Shown here: positions 61,755 to 64,000 of the stretch, in pieces
Numbering within the stretch: position 1 is the stretch's first letter
Layout: every line of letters starts with the position of its first letter
From: Promethearchaeota archaeon Loki_b32
GTDB lineage: Archaea > Asgardarchaeota > Lokiarchaeia > Sigyniarchaeales > SOKP01
Assembly: GCA_005223125.1 (NCBI GenBank)
Contig: NJBH01000007.1
Location: 64,001 to 128,000 of the forward strand
Length of the DNA stretch: 64,000 nt
Reading direction: 5' to 3'
Made by a program: the position numbers and the translations under genes
Notes under the pieces: model-generated
What the model saw: only the letters and a program-made list of their open reading frames with translations
Told to the model about the DNA's origin: nothing
Database searches by the model: none

Positions 61755-62726
61755 ATGCTTATTCTAATTATATTTAGTATAAACATGAATAATGTAGATA
61801 TTGTTGGTTTAGGAGAGGTTGTGGTAGATTGGGTTACAGAGATACCTAATTTTCCTAAGCCAGATGAGAAGATTAATGCTATTTCCGAAAACTATTTCTC
61901 TGGAGGTGGAACACCCAATTATCTAGTTGATGTAGCGCGTCTTGGAGTTTCTTGCGGATTTATTGGGGCTGTTGGGGATGACCCATACGGAGATTTTTTA
62001 ATAGAAGATTTTAGAAACGAAAAAGTAGATACAAAATTTACTTTAAAAAGAAAAGGAAAGAAAACACCAGTGAATTTTATTTTTGTAGTAAAAGGAGAAA
62101 AAACAATAATACAATCTCCCCATATGTTAACAACCAAATTAGATCTTACAGATTTGGAAGAAACTTATATTTCTAAATCTAAAGTTCTGCATACAACATT
62201 GATCCACCCTAAATTATCAGAAAGAGCAATTAAATTAGCATTAGAATATGGTGTTAAAATTAGTATTGACTTGGAATCTCAGATCGCTCAACAAGGCTGG
62301 AATAATTTAAAAAAAATGTTACTAAACGCAGATATTTTAATTCCTAACAAGGAAGGCCCTAAAATGATAACAAAATGTAAAAATTCTAAGGATGCTGCTA
62401 AAAAATTAGTTGAATACGGGATCCCAATTGTAATAATTACATTAGGAAATAAAGGAGCTTTGGTTACTACTGAAGAATTTCAAAAGGAAATTCCTGCTTA
62501 TAACTCTGAGAATATTGTTGATACAACAGGGGCAGGAGATGCTTTTAATGGTGCGTTTTCAGTTGCCTATTGGATTAAGAATTGGACTTTAGAAAAATCT
62601 ATCAAGTTTGCAAACGGAGCAGCAGCACTAAAAATCCAAAAATTAGGCGCTAGAACCGGTATGCCTAATGAAGCGAAACTATTACAGTTTTTAAAGGAGA
62701 ATGGAGAAATAAATTTGTTTAATTGA
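61755..62726 (+). CDS. PfkB-family carbohydrate kinase (true start may be 61785)
   Basis: ARLG..GAVGDD.YG; DTTGAGDAFNG. Confidence 0.92.
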   Translation: MLILIIFSINMNNVDIVGLGEVVVDWVTEIPNFPKPDEKINAISENYFSGGGTPNYLVDVARLGVSCGFIGAVGDDPYGDFLIEDFRNEKVDTKFTLKRKGKKTPVNFIFVVKGEKTIIQSPHMLTTKLDLTDLEETYISKSKVLHTTLIHPKLSERAIKLALEYGVKISIDLESQIAQQGWNNLKKMLLNADILIPNKEGPKMITKCKNSKDAAKKLVEYGIPIVIITLGNKGALVTTEEFQKEIPAYNSENIVDTTGAGDAFNGAFSVAYWIKNWTLEKSIKFANGAAALKIQKLGARTGMPNEAKLLQFLKENGEINLFN

Positions 62727-62741
62727 ACATATTTTAGATTT

Positions 62742-63182
62742 TTATTGAGATATTATACAGATACTACTGTAATTTTGTGTATTCTCTAAAATATCATTAT
62801 AGGTTTCTAAAATGTTCTTTCCTTTAGTATCTTTGAGGTGAGTATTAAAAGGCCAAACTCCTATGATGATATCTCCTAATTTCTTAATATTACCTATCAA
62901 ATACCCCCTTTTTTCCTCATCTGGTTTAAGTGAAAACAAGATTACCAGATAATAATTATATGTATAATCAACCAACGGATTTCCAATGATGAGAACTTCT
63001 TCAATATTTTGAAAATTTAATATATCTTGATTTGTTTCGCTTAATTTTTTCAATTCTAAAATAGACTTTGCAGAAATGGATAAAGGTTTTTCAAAATTTA
63101 GATTTTTAAAACTTAAAGTAAGGTTTTTATTTTCAAATCGCTCCTGTGCTTTAAAAATTACTTTAAAAATAATAGAATCCAT
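62742..63182 (-). CDS. Hypothetical protein
   Basis: 146-aa ORF. Confidence 0.55.
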   Translation of the reverse strand: MDSIIFKVIFKAQERFENKNLTLSFKNLNFEKPLSISAKSILELKKLSETNQDILNFQNIEEVLIIGNPLVDYTYNYYLVILFSLKPDEEKRGYLIGNIKKLGDIIIGVWPFNTHLKDTKGKNILETYNDILENTQNYSSICIISQ

Positions 63183-63285
63183 AAAAATTATTTTAGTTAA
63201 ATTAATTTATTAATTTATCAAATACAGTAGTTTTCCAACTTTTTTTAAGGTATATCTTTCGATAGTTATACAATTTCAATGATTA

Positions 63286-63600
63286 TTATTGGATAAGAAT
63301 ATTTTCTTCAGGGAATCCTAGGTCGATTAAGAACTTTTTCATTTTAAAACGATGATCTCCTTGAAGTTCAACTTCATTATTTCTTACAGTTCCTCCAGAA
63401 GCACACTTTTTTTTTGCTTTTGTCAATATATTCTTTAGATTTACATCGAAATTACCAACGAATGTAATAACAGTAACAACACGCCCCCATTTCCTTCTAT
63501 CATTAGAAATTACTATTTGTTGTTCATCGGCACTTAAACTATCACATATACATAGTTCTTTTGGAAAACTACATATAGGACAAATGTCGTCGTTTTTAAT
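63286..63600 (-). CDS. sui1: Translation initiation factor aIF1 (SUI1), apparent ATT start; absent from the ORF track
   Basis: IKNDDICPICSFPKELCICD..RRKWGRVVTVI..KKKCASGGTV..VELQGDHR..GF, 104 aa. Confidence 0.93.
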   Translation of the reverse strand: MKNDDICPICSFPKELCICDSLSADEQQIVISNDRRKWGRVVTVITFVGNFDVNLKNILTKAKKKCASGGTVRNNEVELQGDHRFKMKKFLIDLGFPEENILIQ

Positions 63601-64000
63601 ACTCTCTTATCACAACCTTTATTGTAAATCTTTTAAAAATTTAGATCTAAAAAATAATAGAATTAAATCTTATAAAAATCTTTTTTATTTTGGAAATAAA
63701 CTTTTATAAAAATAATACTTTTTCAATTTGCTAGTTTCTTCATTGCAAAGTTATAGGATTTCAAAACCTTAAATTACGGTAAATGGAAATTTAATGACTT
63801 AAATGAAAGTTTTTCTTAATTACTAATTTCTATCAAATTTAAATTAGTTTTTAGCCTATATTTTCCAAAATTTAGAATTGACCTTCCTAAACAAAAAATA
63901 TTTAAAGAAAAATTTTTATTATTTATCAATAAGCTTATTCTTTATGTTAGAATTTTTATGTGATTCATTAAAATGCAGAGCTCATGGATTTTTAAAGTAA

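Noticed and set aside
61900-62370. PfkB kinase inactivation (GGGTPNYLVD, NKEGPK look atypical)
   Set aside because: Catalytic GAGD and the reading frame are intact; cannot separate divergence from read errors

Overview
AT-rich chromosomal segment of an Asgard archaeon, very probably Lokiarchaeia. The evidence is archaeal informational genes, eukaryotic-signature proteins (two Rab-like GTPases, a profilin, a RING protein) and supersized 23S expansion segments. It carries about 70 CDSs covering proteasome, translation and ribosome biogenesis, CoA and methanofuran precursor synthesis, class III RNR, FtsZ, TFB and RPA, plus an accessory block at 12.9-21.9 kb. The RNA genes are a stand-alone 23S rRNA on the minus strand and two tRNAs, each with two introns. 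Main observations: (1) an intact aIF1/SUI1 gene missed by the ORF track that has no ATG/GTG/TTG start and appears to initiate at AUU, suggesting IF3/eIF1-style autoregulation by start-codon stringency; (2) two clear and one probable ORF-less bulge-helix-bulge (BHB) introns in functional centres of the 23S, plus ES9, ES39 and a BHB processing stem; (3) a tRNA-Leu(CAA) whose anticodon lies on a 5-nt exon between two introns, and an initiator tRNA with a T-loop intron; (4) a profilin fused to a C-terminal helical domain and a Rab-like GTPase with a ~370-aa Pro-rich/Zn-ribbon tail; (5) a thioesterase with an in-frame amber codon. All assignments come from motif recognition by eye, and E. coli rRNA numbering was assigned manually.
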